Of a stretch of DNA of 64,000 nt, positions 1-13,381 are shown in pieces. Within the stretch, counting starts at the first letter, position 1; each line of letters opens with the position of its first letter. Origin of the DNA: Octopus vulgaris (taxonomy: Eukaryota). Location: assembly GCA_951406725.2 (NCBI GenBank), contig OX597831.1, positions 18,166,001 to 18,230,000 of the forward strand, in the 5' to 3' direction. Under the pieces are notes generated by a model. The model had not been told where the DNA came from. It worked only from the letters and a program-made list of their open reading frames with translations, and ran no database searches. The position numbers were made by a program, and so were the translations under genes.

Positions 1-641
1 ACAAAAGCTTTTAAATCAAGTCGTAACATTTTAGGGAAGGTAGATATACAGATAAAGATGTAGGATTAAATTTTAAGAACATATGAGGTTGTGAAGTCCA
101 GTCCCTAACTGACCAAACTATGCTTGTGTTTAACTAGGAGTGAGAGTAAGGGGGCGTCAGAATACCATAAAAGGAACTCAAGTTGCCACTAACAAAATGC
201 CAATTACTGCTATATGGTGAGAAGAAACTAGGTCAGTGTCAAAAGGTCATTTATCTCATTTACAAACAGTAGGGGAAGAAAAAAACTATCAATCATTATT
301 ATGAGAAGACATAGAATTTTATAATTGGGGGATAGCTTTATTAATTTTGAAACTAGATTAGATTTAGAAAAACTTCAATTTCAAGTTTGCAGTGAAGTTT
401 TTTAGTCCTCTATGAAAGTTAAGTTGAAGGCTACTATAGTATTTTTCTTATTAATATTATAATATAGGAATACTCATATTTTTTATTTAAAGTATTTAAA
501 CGTTCTAGTTGGGGAATGTATGCAACATTATCCAAACTCCAGACGATTATTCAAAAGACTTATATTACACTGATGTTTTAAAATTTCATAAGTTTCCATA
601 GAACAAATTTGGCAACCTTCTCTACTATTTCGCCCTTCTAA

Positions 642-1930
642 CTATATCCCCGCTGAGATGACCCGTTCTTCTTCCTTCTTTTTTATCTTGGGAGAGTGGA
701 GCTCTTCCGCTTTGTCCGAAGGCTCTCCCCCGCCTCCCGAAGACTTAGGTTCCCTCGGCGGGCAACTATTGTTGCCCGCCTTTTTCCTTTTTAATCCTTT
801 TTGAATTGAGGAGGCTGAAGTCTCCTCGACCACATCCACCTCTCCCTTTGACCAGGTAGGGGATGTGGCATCTAGTGACTGTTCCAGGGCCTTACCATTG
901 TCCTGGGGGCAGTTCCTTTTAATATTGCCTTGCTGCAGGCACGAGAGGCAATTGGGGAGACGTCCCTCAAGTATCACCGGATACATGCAGCCAGCCATTT
1001 TCAAGAAAAATGGAATAACAAGACCTGATGCGACCGATGGGGTCCACAGGGTCAAAATCACTTTTGACCCTTCCCAATCGACCGCCGGCAATACCCTTAC
1101 ATTTAAGAGCCTGGGTCCGCCATCCCCCACTCCCCGTCGGATGGTATCTTCAATCTAATCCGCTTCGGTACCTGGGGGTAACCCACATACCCAGGCTCGT
1201 ATTAATTTTCTTCCACAACATAACGGAAGGAACAGAATGTCCTTGCCTTCTAAAGGCTGACTCGCAAACTGGCGAGCCTTTTCTCGTTGGCAAACAGCAA
1301 CCATACGGTTGCATGTTTGACACCACGGGATATATATTTTAAAGAGGACAAATATTCTTTAAGTTCATCTTTTATGACTTGATTTGGGAAGACGGTGATG
1401 GAATTAAGAACTTTAGAATAAGTTCTAAGTACCATCGTCTTCTCCTCCATATCTTTTAATTTCCCACTTGAAGACAGAGTTTTTCTTTTTACGTTCCTAC
1501 TCTGCCATGTCAAAAAACAGTTCAAAAGTAGTTCAAAAGACAGTCTGCCAAAAAATTAAACCGAATAAAAATAAAACAAAATAAAAGAGGAGGAAACTGA
1601 AATTAAAGTAATGAAAAGAATGAACCAAAATTTAGAAAGAAAGAAAAAATAGAAGGGAAAAGTAAAAGAAAAACCTCACAAAGAGCACAGACAGGGAATC
1701 CTTTGTATAATACTCCAAAAAGGTAATCCAAATAAGTAATCCAAATTGCTTATTCTTATTTTTCTGGCGAGATACGCCCACTAGAAAGAATTTCCAAGCA
1801 AAAACTCTCAGTTCACCGTTACGGTGAGGAGAACCCAGTATTTTGCTCGCTATAGCGCGCCATGATTGACAATTTTTCTTTTTGTTCTTTTTTTCTATTC
1901 ACGGAGTCGAAACTCACATCTTCTCGCTGT
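642..1930 (-). mobile_element. Degenerate L1/Tx1-like non-LTR retrotransposon, 5' UTR plus ORF1 remnant
   Basis: ORFs 1250..1525 and 642..1130 are linked by a frameshifted segment (RAWVCGLPPG). There is a degenerate gag-type zinc knuckle CLSCLQQGNIKRNC (CX2CX4[H>N]X4C) followed by a basic low-complexity tail, as is typical of L1/Tx1 ORF1. No RT seen. Confidence 0.55.
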
Positions 1931-2509
1931 AATAGTCCACACCAACTAATGTTACATTCTGGTTAATCGGAAGTAAGCAAGCTACTTACCACGGAGCTAC
2001 GCCTGTGACTATTATTCATGTTTGTCTGTTGCATGGAATTAAAACTGACTTTTGACGAAAGGATAAGAAGGATAAGAAGCATTTTTGCGTCCATTCTGAA
2101 GGTCTTTTTAAATAATTTCGGAAAGAGCCCAGTTCCAGTGATCAACGAATCGATCAAAATCTTGGCTAAGTTAACTGAATGAAGGATTAGACATACATTT
2201 AAGATAATATTTTTCAAGCTGTGGTATACATCCGCTTCAATTACACAAATCCAGTGCTATTAGCGTATACAAATTGCCTTTTGAGTTTCAGGTACTTGGA
2301 AAGAACGATATTTCCTTGGACTTTTAAAATCAATAATGTAAATCCTATTTTGCTACATGTAAGAAAGAGGTGAGATTTCGTTAAAATCTCTAGAACATCT
2401 CATGTACTAGATTGAGAAACCAAGAAAATTTGGAAACTAATTACTTCCAGCATTAAAATCATAAATTAACGATGTTGAAACAACTGCAACTTACAACAAC
2501 GTCGTCATT

Positions 2510-2930
2510 AGGAGAGAGAAGAAACCCCAATGAGAATAGGTACAACTTACCGAGCATTATTCAACTGTATTCATTGTAGAAATGAAACAACTTCCCATAG
2601 CATTAGCAGCTAAACATTGCAGATATCGGAAAAGAAGTAGAGATTGATTAAAAACAGAGATTTTATTGCCAAATAGATAGCCACCAGAATCAGCAGACAA
2701 TATTTCGAGGCAAGACTTTCTGGTGTCTATAGCGAAATAAGCTGTGTGGAAGAGAAGGAGTATTACTCTGAAGAGAGACTGTTTTATCTCTGCCAAAACC
2801 TCAATCGAATCGTTTGAGAATTGCATTTCACAAGAAAAATGTTAAAAATTTATGATTTCAGGCTAGTAAATCTTCTACAGTTGAATGAATGTGGCGTGAA
2901 TGGTCTTAGTGATTGCTTCTTATCTAAACT
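2510..2930 (+). mobile_element. Possible highly decayed C-terminus of an L1/Tx1 ORF2
   Basis: Stop-interrupted translation has RALFNC and IAK*AVWKRR, reminiscent of the HxxxxC and AKxAIWxxR motifs at the end of Tx1 ORF2. Confidence 0.25.
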
Positions 2931-3059
2931 GGTACCTGTATTTTGAGGAGTACGAAGCAAAAATCCAAACTTAGTGCGCCATGATATGATTTGGGTGGCT
3001 GGTCGTTGTTAGTTGCTCAGGATTGCGTCTCCCAACTATTTTCAAATTTTCTTATTTAG

Positions 3060-3554
3060 TTTTATGGGTTAATATTAATGCAGTTCATGTAGGTATGCAA
3101 TGCTTACCGTACTTTCGTTGTCCAAAGATCAATTTTGACAACAGTGGCCTATAACGAAATTATTGTTATGAGCAAATTCCAATTGCTCATACCAACTTTA
3201 TTGAATGACTAATACTCTCATTAACATTTCCCTCCACATCGCATTAATATGTTCTTTTCATGGGTGTCACCAGGACATTACTTTTCACTAATGTTTTCGT
3301 GTTTTGTTCAGGAATAATCGTATTATTTATTACACTATTAAATATTTTAGTATCGGAAACTGAAATTGTATATAATTTTTTGGTATGTCAGAAGAGTAAT
3401 ATAAAATGCCAAGTGATAATAGGAAACAAATATAATGCGTAAATAGTATTATTCTATCCAGAGCAAGATTTCTACTATAACTGATTATGTAGGACAACAC
3501 TTTGAAGGAGATGTGACCTTTATCAGATCTCGAATAACAGAGGCAAACAAATGA
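3060..3554 (+). CDS. Three candidate small exons (3060-3092, 3312-3382, 3462-3554) of an unidentified, possibly membrane or secreted, protein
   Basis: AG acceptors after pyrimidine-rich tracts, donors GTATGC (3093) and GTATGT (3383), and compatible phases (1,1,0). Joined translation: xLWVNINAVHVG/IIVLFITLLNILVSETEIVYNFL/SKISTITDYVGQHFEGDVTFIRSRITEANK*. No homolog recognised. Confidence 0.3.
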
Positions 3555-3770
3555 GTAAACATTCCCTATTTATTTTAATTCTTATATTTGGTAATTCTAT
3601 TAATTACTGTCCTGGATATTTACATCTGAATTTTACGTTATAATTCTTGTTTTAATTCGTATATTTTTATCCAAACATATTCTATTAGTGTTTTGTTTTC
3701 CCCACAAATATGTATAATGCTATGAATATAACAAATCCTAAACTTATACTTTTGTCAATCTCGCGTAATT

Positions 3771-3815
<45 letters not shown>

Positions 3816-3916
3816 TATATTTACAAACAAACACAAACATATATATATATATAGATAGATAGATAGATATTGATATATATGTGCATGTATTGTATGTATG
3901 TACGAATGTATATATA

Positions 3917-3947
<31 letters not shown>

Positions 3948-4168
3948 TCACATATATGTATATACACATATATACATGCATATATATATATACATACATA
4001 TATATATATACACACACACAGACACACACACACACACATATATATATATATGTATATTAGAAGAAATATGGTCATCTGAAATCTAGATGGTTTTATAAAT
4101 CACATATTAGCGCTTCCCTTTTCTCTAGTAGAGTCTGCAGAAGCCTCAAGCATATAAACTTAATATGT

Positions 4169-4257
<89 letters not shown>

Positions 4258-4663
4258 CGCTTACTTGTTTCTTGTTTCAGTCTTTTGCAGCACAACCGCC
4301 ATAAGATTTCCTTTAGTCGAGAAAAATGAGCGTAAAACTCTTTGTAAACCTCGTACTTGTTCATTCTGTTGGTCTCATTTGCCACATCTCTAATTGACAG
4401 GGACGTCAACACATCAACACCAAGTGATTATAGGCGGACGAATTAAAGCACAAACACACACACGCACATACACACACACGCACGCACACACATGCATACA
4501 CACGCACACATACATATATATATGCGTATGTGCAGGTATATCTGTGCTTGTGTGTGTGTTGTGTACGTCACGGTTTCAAAGTACAACAACTGTTAATTCT
4601 GAACATACACTCTAGAATAGATTCATGATCGCTTTAGGAATGACACATCCGCACTGTCTGTAG

Positions 4664-4754
4664 GATATCAATAATAAAAAAGAAGAAATCCACTGCAGGT
4701 CAACTAGTACAGGCTTCAGGCTTACGTCTAGACACTTCCTTTATTATGGAATAA
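4664..4754 (+). CDS. Candidate internal exon (phase 0 to phase 1)
   Basis: ctgtctgtAG acceptor, open frame DINNKKEEIHCRSTSTGFRLTSRHFLYYGI, and a weak GTAATA donor whose phase matches exon 6790-6828. Confidence 0.2.
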
Positions 4755-5559
4755 GTAATATTTGTCTATTCGCAGTGTTATTCATTACGTATACCTTGCT
4801 TTTATTTTTTTTATTCTTCATTATAATGACTATGTTATGTCGCTGCAAGAAATCATTGCTGATATAAAATCGATATCCTGCAATATTTTAGACCGGGAAG
4901 GAAATATGAACACCCCACATATTTCCTACGATTCGTAATAGTCTTTCATATCAACTGGATTGAAATACTTAGCTACTTGACCCGTCATGCCCTTTTCATT
5001 TCAGTTAATCTTTAATCTTATAACATAGACATCGTTTTCGCTATATATCAACCTAACAATTTCATTTTTTCGTGAAATGTTTGAGGACAAGTATTCAATG
5101 ATTCACATGATTTACTAATCTATATCATTTCCAACATTATTCGGTGTTGTGAAAGATATTAGATAGAAAGAGTTTTTCTTATTTTTGTAGACATAACCAC
5201 CTCGTTGGTAATGAAGGAGTGTAGGAACAGAGCAAATGATTCTTCTCCTAAAACTTTCGCATTTATTCGAATACCTCTGTTACCTGCGCGCTAGTATTAT
5301 ACAAACACATCATTACTCATCATTACGTTTTCTCACACAAGCATACATCTCAATCAAAGTAGGTTCAAATATGCTTTATACATTTGCATATGCTGACGGA
5401 TTTTCAAAAAAAGATATGTTTTATATTTCATATTTTGTCCTTTGCTTGTTCCAGTCATTGGACCGCAGTCATGCATGCATTACTTTAACTACTTAATAAG
5501 TGCTTTGTTTCATTCCGTAAAAATAATATCTCAGTGTTCAAAGGTTTCAAATATACCTA

Positions 5560-6400
5560 TGGGCGTTTTGTCGTGAACATTAAGAAAACTTCGTATCGAG
5601 TTGTTGTAATTAAATGCAGGAATAATGTTTAAATACCTGGGACACTCATGCTGATATGTTTGGCACATTAGATATGATGCCCCAGCTTTATCAAAGGCGC
5701 GGATATGGGAAGATGAATTTCGGAGAGGAAGGGACCCAATTTCTAGAAGTCCGGCAACTGCCACTGCCAGCAAAAACAACGAACATGTTCACCATATGGT
5801 GATCGATGACCTGCGAATAACAATAACTTCAGTAGCCAAATCTATCAGTATATCTCTTGAAAGAAAATTCTGCAAAGTGAACTTCCGGTTTCTGTTAGGC
5901 TTGTGTCACCTCTTGTGAAGCCTGATCAAATGGGAAACCTGGTAATATCAGGGGAAAACTTGACGTTGTGTAAGTCATGTTCAGATGGTTTCCTAAGCCA
6001 GCCAGAGTGTTTGAGGCCTCATATTTTGTCAGCGATAAGAAGCCAATTCGTGCGTTGAAACTTCACTCACTCACTTACTACGAAGTAGACCAATTTCGTT
6101 TCATATATCGTGAAGTTGATAGTCTTTGCTTTTTGACTATATTACCGCTCTTTCAGACAAAATAGTAACCAATATTTAATTTACTCTCTGATATATTGAA
6201 TTAAAGTTAACTTTCCACCAAAGAAACCGTTTCCTTTATCATGGTTTAATTGCAGCTCATGACACGCAGATCGTGCTACAGTGGGTATCAACAATGCACC
6301 AGTATCCACAAAACGGTTTGGACAGCTGTTGATTTGTCTCATATCCTAAAGTAACTTTGACGCACAAAAGTAGTTTAACGGGGTTCGAAATTGAAATTCA
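5560..6400 (+). mobile_element. Decayed mariner-type transposase relic
   Basis: Translation near 5670-5870 gives DAPALSKARIWEDEFRRGRD...SPATATASKNNEHVHHMVIDDLRITITSVAKSISIS. This matches the mariner HTH1-GRP-HTH2 pattern; stops and frameshifts follow. Boundaries approximate. Confidence 0.6.
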
Positions 6401-6789
6401 TAAATAAGCAATTAATCCTCCGATAAATTCTTCTTAGATCAAGAATAGTAAGAGTAGGTATAAAGAAACAGATATCACTTAGTCACGAGCGTTTTCCTAT
6501 TTAGCCGGCACAATTCGCCTGAGGGTGCTGAAACGACTGAATAAACCAATAGGAAAATTCCATTCCTGGTCCCTTGTCGACCACAAAATCTCTCAAATAC
6601 TGCCCCTATCTCTCTGGTATCTTTCATCACGTGTTTGGGTGCCTTAACAAGATCCATTATAAAATGCACTGTTTTGTTTTCCTGGTAACCACATAAGCTT
6701 GTGAAAAATAAGAATATATAACCAACGAAATAGTTGCATAGTTCGCATAACTTTTAGTATTTACGTACAGCGTTTTTTCTCCTTTGCAG

Positions 6790-6828
6790 ATAATGCGTCA
6801 ATCCTCAGTCGTATTTACTGCATTCGTG
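6790..6828 (+). CDS. Candidate 39-nt exon of unidentified host gene
   Basis: Strong acceptor ttttttctcctttgcAG and donor GTTAGA at 6829. The phase 1/1 reading (xNASILSRIYCIRG) joins in frame to exon 15806. Confidence 0.4.
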
Positions 6829-7788
6829 GTTAGATTATTAATTTATGACCTGCATCATTCTGACAACTATTTTGGTTTAAAATGTACCAATAATCATAGG
6901 AAAATTAAAAGTGTGAAGATGATACATTTATATTAAAATATTATTGAATTAAATATGAATCTATTTCCGTGCACAAATTGTTTTAACAAAATTTTTGACA
7001 AACTGTAGTAATAATCTATGGCAGTGTTCCTTCAATGGAGAATACACGTAACTAAATTCCTTGCAACGTGTAACCCATGGAAATTTCTCTTCACTATGCT
7101 TTTAAAGTACCTGTTATTACAAACGTTACTCGGCGAATTTAGTTACACATTACGCAATAAATACTTGTTAATAAGAAATATATTAGCATAGCTATATTAG
7201 GTACGACCAGCAAAAAATAAGACTGAACAATTAATTAGCTATCGTGACAATAAATAAAGGATGTCAACATAATGAATTCTGGGTAAAACACATGTTACGT
7301 TATATTTAAGTATACAAGATATAACATTGTCGATGCGTCGTAAGATTATCGGACGTGGTATTTGAAAGTGAAAACCATGAATACTGCTTCTCTATTTATT
7401 TTTCTACTGCTAGTTGGCAAGTATATATATATATATATGTGTATTATGTTCACACAAAAATAATGATCATGTATTTATCTAGAAAGCAAGATAGATATAA
7501 GTGCATACAGAGATACATAGCAAAACATATATGCGTGTGTGTGTGTGTGTGTGTGTGTGTGAGTTCGTATATATATACATAACAACTGATGTTGGCGCGA
7601 CTGTGTCTACGTAGAATAGCAGTTCGGCAAAACACCGATAGAATAAGTACCAGGTTTAAAAAAATATATATTGAGGTCGATTCATTCGAGTAAAATCCAA
7701 GGGCTTCAGAAACATTGCAGCAGTCTTAGGAATCATACCCGTAAAAGAGAAAACATATATGCATGTATATACAAATATATATGTATAC

Positions 7789-7823
<35 letters not shown>

Positions 7824-7824
7824 C

Positions 7825-7919
<95 letters not shown>

Positions 7920-7971
7920 ATAAATATATATATTATATACATATATATATATATATACATAAATACATAAT

Positions 7972-8019
<48 letters not shown>

Positions 8020-8882
8020 ATACATATATATATATATAAATATATAATACATAATACATATATATATATAAATAGACAGATAGATAGATACATAAACACA
8101 TACACACATACGTACATATATTCATAGAGAGGGATCTGTATATGTGTATGTGTAGACATAGAAGTCATCACAAAACGTCTTGACAGTCTTGTTTTTTCGT
8201 CTGCAATTTCGGATGAAGCAACATCGCAGCAACAGTGGGGAAAATACCAGGCGCGGTAACGGTTTTGCACCAGAATGGGCACAATTTCTGGTTGAAACCC
8301 TTACTCAATGTATATATATCATCTCAGTGAGCATGGTCATGTCTAACTGTGACACTATATTGTGTAATGTCCACAAGATAATTCCCCGGAGCCCAACACC
8401 GGGGATGTGTGTGTCCCTGGAAAATGCAGAATTGTCAGCAACTGACTTCTATTGTTCAAGCCACTATGTAACTTCGTTTAAAAGTTTCGCTAAGATATAG
8501 CATAATGTGATATCTCAAGTAATTATCCATCTCATCAAACGTTATTTCAAATTCAATATATATCACATCGACATTTGCACGGTCAATTACCTGATTCGAA
8601 ACGAAGCCATTTTGCCGTGTGTTAAGTAATTTATTATATTCATACATTATATGTACATATTCATGCATACATACAAACATACTTAAACATATGCATACAT
8701 GCGTGCACACTCGCACGCATCCAGACAAACGTGCATACATACACACACACAAGCACCACACACACACACATGTATATATATATATATATTTATATTGGTG
8801 CTTAGTATGTAGATACGTATATATATATTTCTGATTACTGAAAATCAAGGCCCCTCAATTTTAGTGCGTTAGTGTGTGCTTG

Positions 8883-8914
<32 letters not shown>

Positions 8915-8915
<1 letters not shown>

Positions 8916-10943
8916 CAGAAATGATCTGTCTTTCATCGACTGGTTCTTACTCTCAATTCCACCCAAAGTGAGACCGCATGGCAGCACTTTGAGAACATTG
9001 TCACCTATACATGCTCTAAACACGCTCCTACGATATCCACGAACACAAACAGAAACAGGCTCCCTAAAAAGAAAACAACACTCATCAGGCACATCAAAAA
9101 ACTCAATTAAAAGATCAACCAATTAAAACATTCCCACATGCAACATCCACATTCAACAAAAAGGAAAAGGCTAGAGTTGGAAAAACCTCATCTGCAGACC
9201 GACATGAAAACCTCCATTGAAAATCAAAGAGCTGCGGAGGAACAGTGGGTAATGAAAAACATCAAACAGAACCCATAAGTGTTCTATTCTTATGGAAATA
9301 TGCATAGAAACACTGGCTCGCCCACTGGGCCCTTGATTGATGATAACGGCATTGCTCGACACGATGCTAAAGAAATGGCAGAAATACTGCAGAAACAATA
9401 CTGCACTGTCTTTAGTGTTCCCACTGATATTAACGTAAGAGAAGAGAACGAAGTTGATGCCAAACATAAAATCTCAGACGTAACCTTCACTGCCTCTGAC
9501 ATCATTGCAGCAATAAATGACGTCAAATACTATTCTGCTGTAGGCCCTGATAGATTCACCGCTAGTCACCTGTAGGAATGTAGTCACCAACTTGCTGTCC
9601 CTCTGACCAACCTCTGGAGAAATTCAGTAGATTCATGTTATATTCCGAAACAACTACTATCACAGTCTGTCATCCCGGTTTTCAAACAGGGAAACAGATC
9701 CCTAGCAGTCAACTATCGCCCAATCTTATTCACCTCCCACATCATTAAAGTGTTTGAAAGAGTGTTAAGATCAAGGATAGCTGACTTTCTGGAGATTCAC
9801 AAACTCCTAAATGCAAATCAGCATGGCTTTCGCTGTGACAGGGACTGTCTAACACAGCTCTTACACAACATTCAAGTCACCAGCGGTGTCCCCCAGGGGA
9901 TTTTCTTGGGCCCGCTCTTCTTTATAATTTATATAAACGACCTTTCCAGTGTCGTACATTACTGCAAAGTGAAAATATTTGCTGATGACACTAAGCTCCA
10001 GCAAATCTTCAATGAAGAAGCAGACCGAACTCAACTCCAGTCCGATCTATTCGCTGGGAGTCAATGGGCAGACAGAAACAAAATGCAACTGAAGGAGGCA
10101 AAATTTGATCTGATGCATTTTGGAAGAAAGTCTACACTAAAACAGCCATACACTCTTCCTTCAGGGGAACCGCTCACAGCCTCTAACAATATCAGAGACC
10201 TGGGTGTAATTGTTGATGGCGATCTCAGTTGGAGTGAACACATCAACAAGAAGGTCGATATAGCTCGTAGGATGAGTTCCTGGATCTTAAGAGCTTTCCG
10301 GTCAAGAGAACAAGATGTCATCTCCTTCGTTTCTCCTTTGTACGGCCACACATCGAATACTGCTGCCCACTGTGGTCACCCCATACAAGACAAAACATAT
10401 TGACGACTGAATCACCCCAGAGAGCACTCACTAAACGAATTGAAGGCATGGATTGTCTCGATTATTGGCTCCAACTTAAAGCCTTGAAACTCTACTCTCT
10501 CCAGCGTCGCCGTGAGCAGTACATCATTTGCACGATGTGGAGAATATACCGCCAACTTTGCCCAAACGACCTGAACATTAGCTTCAAGGTTCACCCGAGA
10601 CTGGGACCACGAGCAATACGTCCCCTGCCCAATTCAGAATCACAGCATATATGTACACTGCAACATAATTTCTTTTCCTCAACAAGCCCTGCTCCATTTT
10701 ACATTGTCCCGAAAGAGATCAAAGAGGAAAAGGAACCCATGAACTTTAAACGGAGATAAGCCACCCATAATTGGATACAACTCACCCAACAAAAACTCAC
10801 TAATTGAATGGACCATACAGAAAACTTGAACAAAACTTGATTTAAACAGGATTCATATAATCCTATCAGGTGGTGATATTAAGTTAGACATAACCTGGAC
10901 CAATCTTTGGTGGAAACATATCTAAGTTTATTTATCTAAGTTT
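8915..10943 (+). mobile_element. 5'-truncated, internally deleted CR1/L2-group LINE (older relative of the family at 46.6-57 kb)
   Basis: RT motifs GPDRF, NYRPI, QHGFR, SGVPQG, YINDL, IFADD, RDLGV, LYSLQRRR are spread over frameshifted ORFs. The 3' end ggtggtgatattaagttagacat...gaaaca has a (tatctaagttta) tail. It starts right after a (TA)n run and ends at (CA)n(TA)n. Confidence 0.9.
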
Positions 10944-10951
10944 ATACACAC

Positions 10952-11012
<61 letters not shown>

Positions 11013-11016
11013 CATA

Positions 11017-11108
<92 letters not shown>

Positions 11109-11941
11109 AAAGTTGTTGTGTGGAAGCACGTGGTTGGATATATACAAAATAGAAAAGAGTGAAAAACCAAAGAAGGCTTGTTTTAAAAGGTTAAAGAATA
11201 TATTTAAGTCGTTATGTTGGAAGAATGATATAACATTTTTCATACAGTAACATAGTTTTTGAAGAAATTACCGGTTTCGTGTTAACTTTTCAAATTTGTC
11301 AAATGTCTTTACCTACATCGTGTTCTGTCTTCGTTATGCAGTGCAAGGAAGAGTTCCATGTAGGGGGAGGTAATAAACGATTTCTTCCGGTGTAAGTGAG
11401 ATAATCGCTTTATATTTCTTGCCTCTTTTACTTAATGGGGTGAGTTTCTCTGTATAAGAATGTTAGGATGGTTAAGTTCAGGCTTATATTTTTCAATGAA
11501 GAATGTTTCCTTGTTTAGTCTAATTTGTGTTAGTATTCCAATAGCACATTGATAGAATGGAAAGATTAAAAATTGTGGTGATAGTTACTTTGCGCATTTC
11601 TCATTATGCTCACTAATGGGTATCATTCTATATTCTGGGAATGCAATTTGTTGTCGATGCAGTGTGCATCTACGTCTGAGTGATAGTCTCGTGGAACCCA
11701 CGTAGTTTTGGTGGCAGCCCGAGCACCTTATGACACAAATAATGTTTTCAGAAGCACAAGTAAAATTAGATCTGATCAATTTTGCCTTTGTGAGAATCTT
11801 TTTAAGTGATTTAGGTTGTTTGTAGCTTTTAATGATTTTATGTATGTTTAGAATTTCCTTTAATTTGGGGTCCTTATGAAGTATTGGTAAATTCTGGGTG
11901 GTGATGGTGAAGGCTTCTTGGTTTCTGGGGTGTATGTGGAT
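11109..11941 (-). mobile_element. Penelope-like element 3' fragment (GIY-YIG endonuclease plus pLTR with degenerate hammerhead)
   Basis: ORF 11585..11779 [31 protein letters not shown] is a PLE GIY-YIG, followed by KETFFIEKYKPELN. Minus strand near 11265-11298 reads aaat TTGAAAA gttaacac GAAAC cg GTA attt. Flanked by microsatellites. Confidence 0.85.
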
Positions 11942-12729
11942 TTATATATATATATATGTAATATAATATAATATAATATAATATAATATATATATATTAC
12001 TTCCGGTTTCCGTAGAGAAAAGACGCGTTTCCTTTTGCTCTGTGAAAAAAAAGATTTGAATAATTCGACGAAATAATCTACTAAATCTAAAAAAACGTAG
12101 AACCTGTTAACTCATAACGATCTGCTAAAATGCATTAATTAAAAATATATTAATTAAGAACGTAATATATTTCGCTTGAAGCGAAATATAAGACATTAAA
12201 TTTAGTTACACAAGCTAGATTCTTTGCCGAAAAGCACGTGGTGGCAAGTCTTTAATTTATCTCCAACCAAATGTAAGAAGGAAACAAATGTTCTCTTTTC
12301 TGTTTTGAAAGAAAACTTCTTCGTACAAGCACGAGAGTTTGGACTGTACCCTTTACGATAACTATCGTTTTCATATTTTTGTTTATTATTTTTTATTTTC
12401 CTTTAATGTAAGCTAACATCTCAGTTACGATTTACGACGCCATCTTTGCTTACATTCTGAGAATAACTTTCTTTCAATTTCTGTTTCGCTTTCAATCTAT
12501 CTTTCATTTCATCTCTATAAAACTAACATTTAGAAATTCTTTTCGTATGTTTATTTTCCTGTGAGTTACGACTGAGCTGGAAATATAATAATCATAATTT
12601 TACCGTAATTTCATTCTATCTCTATAAAACTAATATTTAAAAATCCTTTTCATTTGTTTATTTTCCTGTAATTTAAGCTAACGACTGAGAAATATAATCG
12701 TAATTAGTTTAGAATTAAATAATTCATTC

Positions 12730-13370
12730 ATTTCCCCACCCTCTTCTACCACCTCTCTCCTCCCTTACATATACTCCCCCACTTCCAGCTCCTTTCTTCC
12801 TTCCTTTATCTCTCTTTACGCTTACCTTTTCCCTCTCTCTTGCATATCTTACTCTTTTTCTCATCTCTCTCCCCACTTTCATATCCTCCTCTTCTCTCAT
12901 TTCTCTTTCTTTTCCATCTCACATCTACCTCTCCTCTCGACACCTCACACTCTCTCTCATATAGTTCTCATTCGCCCATTCTCCTCACTCCCTCTCTCTC
13001 ACATCCTTCATCCTGTCTCTCCTTCATTCTGTCTCTCCTTCACTCTGTCACTCTTTCTCTTGCTATAATCTCCCCCTTCTGTTTCTCATTCTCTTCCCCT
13101 CCTCTCCTTCAGCCTGCCCCTCTTTCTCTCTTCTCCTTCACTCTGTCTCTCCTTCTATTCCCCCTCCTCCCCTCCCCTACCTTCCTCTTTCTCTTTAACA
13201 CACCACGCCCCCTCGCTTTCCTCCTATCATCCTCTCCATTTCTTTCATAGCACCTCTCTCTTTCCTTCCTATCTCCCTCTCTCTTTCCCTATTTCCCCCC
13301 TCTGTGTTTCTCCCTCTCTACCTCTCTCTATCCCTCATTGCCTCTCTAGCCTGTGCTACCCCTCTTGACT
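12730..13370. repeat. Polypyrimidine (CT-rich) low-complexity tract, possibly the 5' UTR of the adjacent LINE
   Basis: About 640 bp that are almost G-free on +, directly upstream of the ATG at 13382. Confidence 0.7.
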
Positions 13371-13381
13371 TCAAGACGAAG

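Noticed and set aside
6793-6828. Alternative reading MRQSSVVFTAFV as a signal-peptide start exon
   Set aside because: It ends in phase 0, which does not fit the next strong candidate exon (15806, phase 1). Disfavoured but not excluded.
8160-8500. GC-richer island with ORFs on both strands and possible splice sites
   Set aside because: No recognisable motif and no convincing phase-compatible fit with the stronger exons; left unannotated.
12840-13250. 136-aa L/S/P/F-rich ORF resembling a membrane protein
   Set aside because: Artefact of the polypyrimidine tract.
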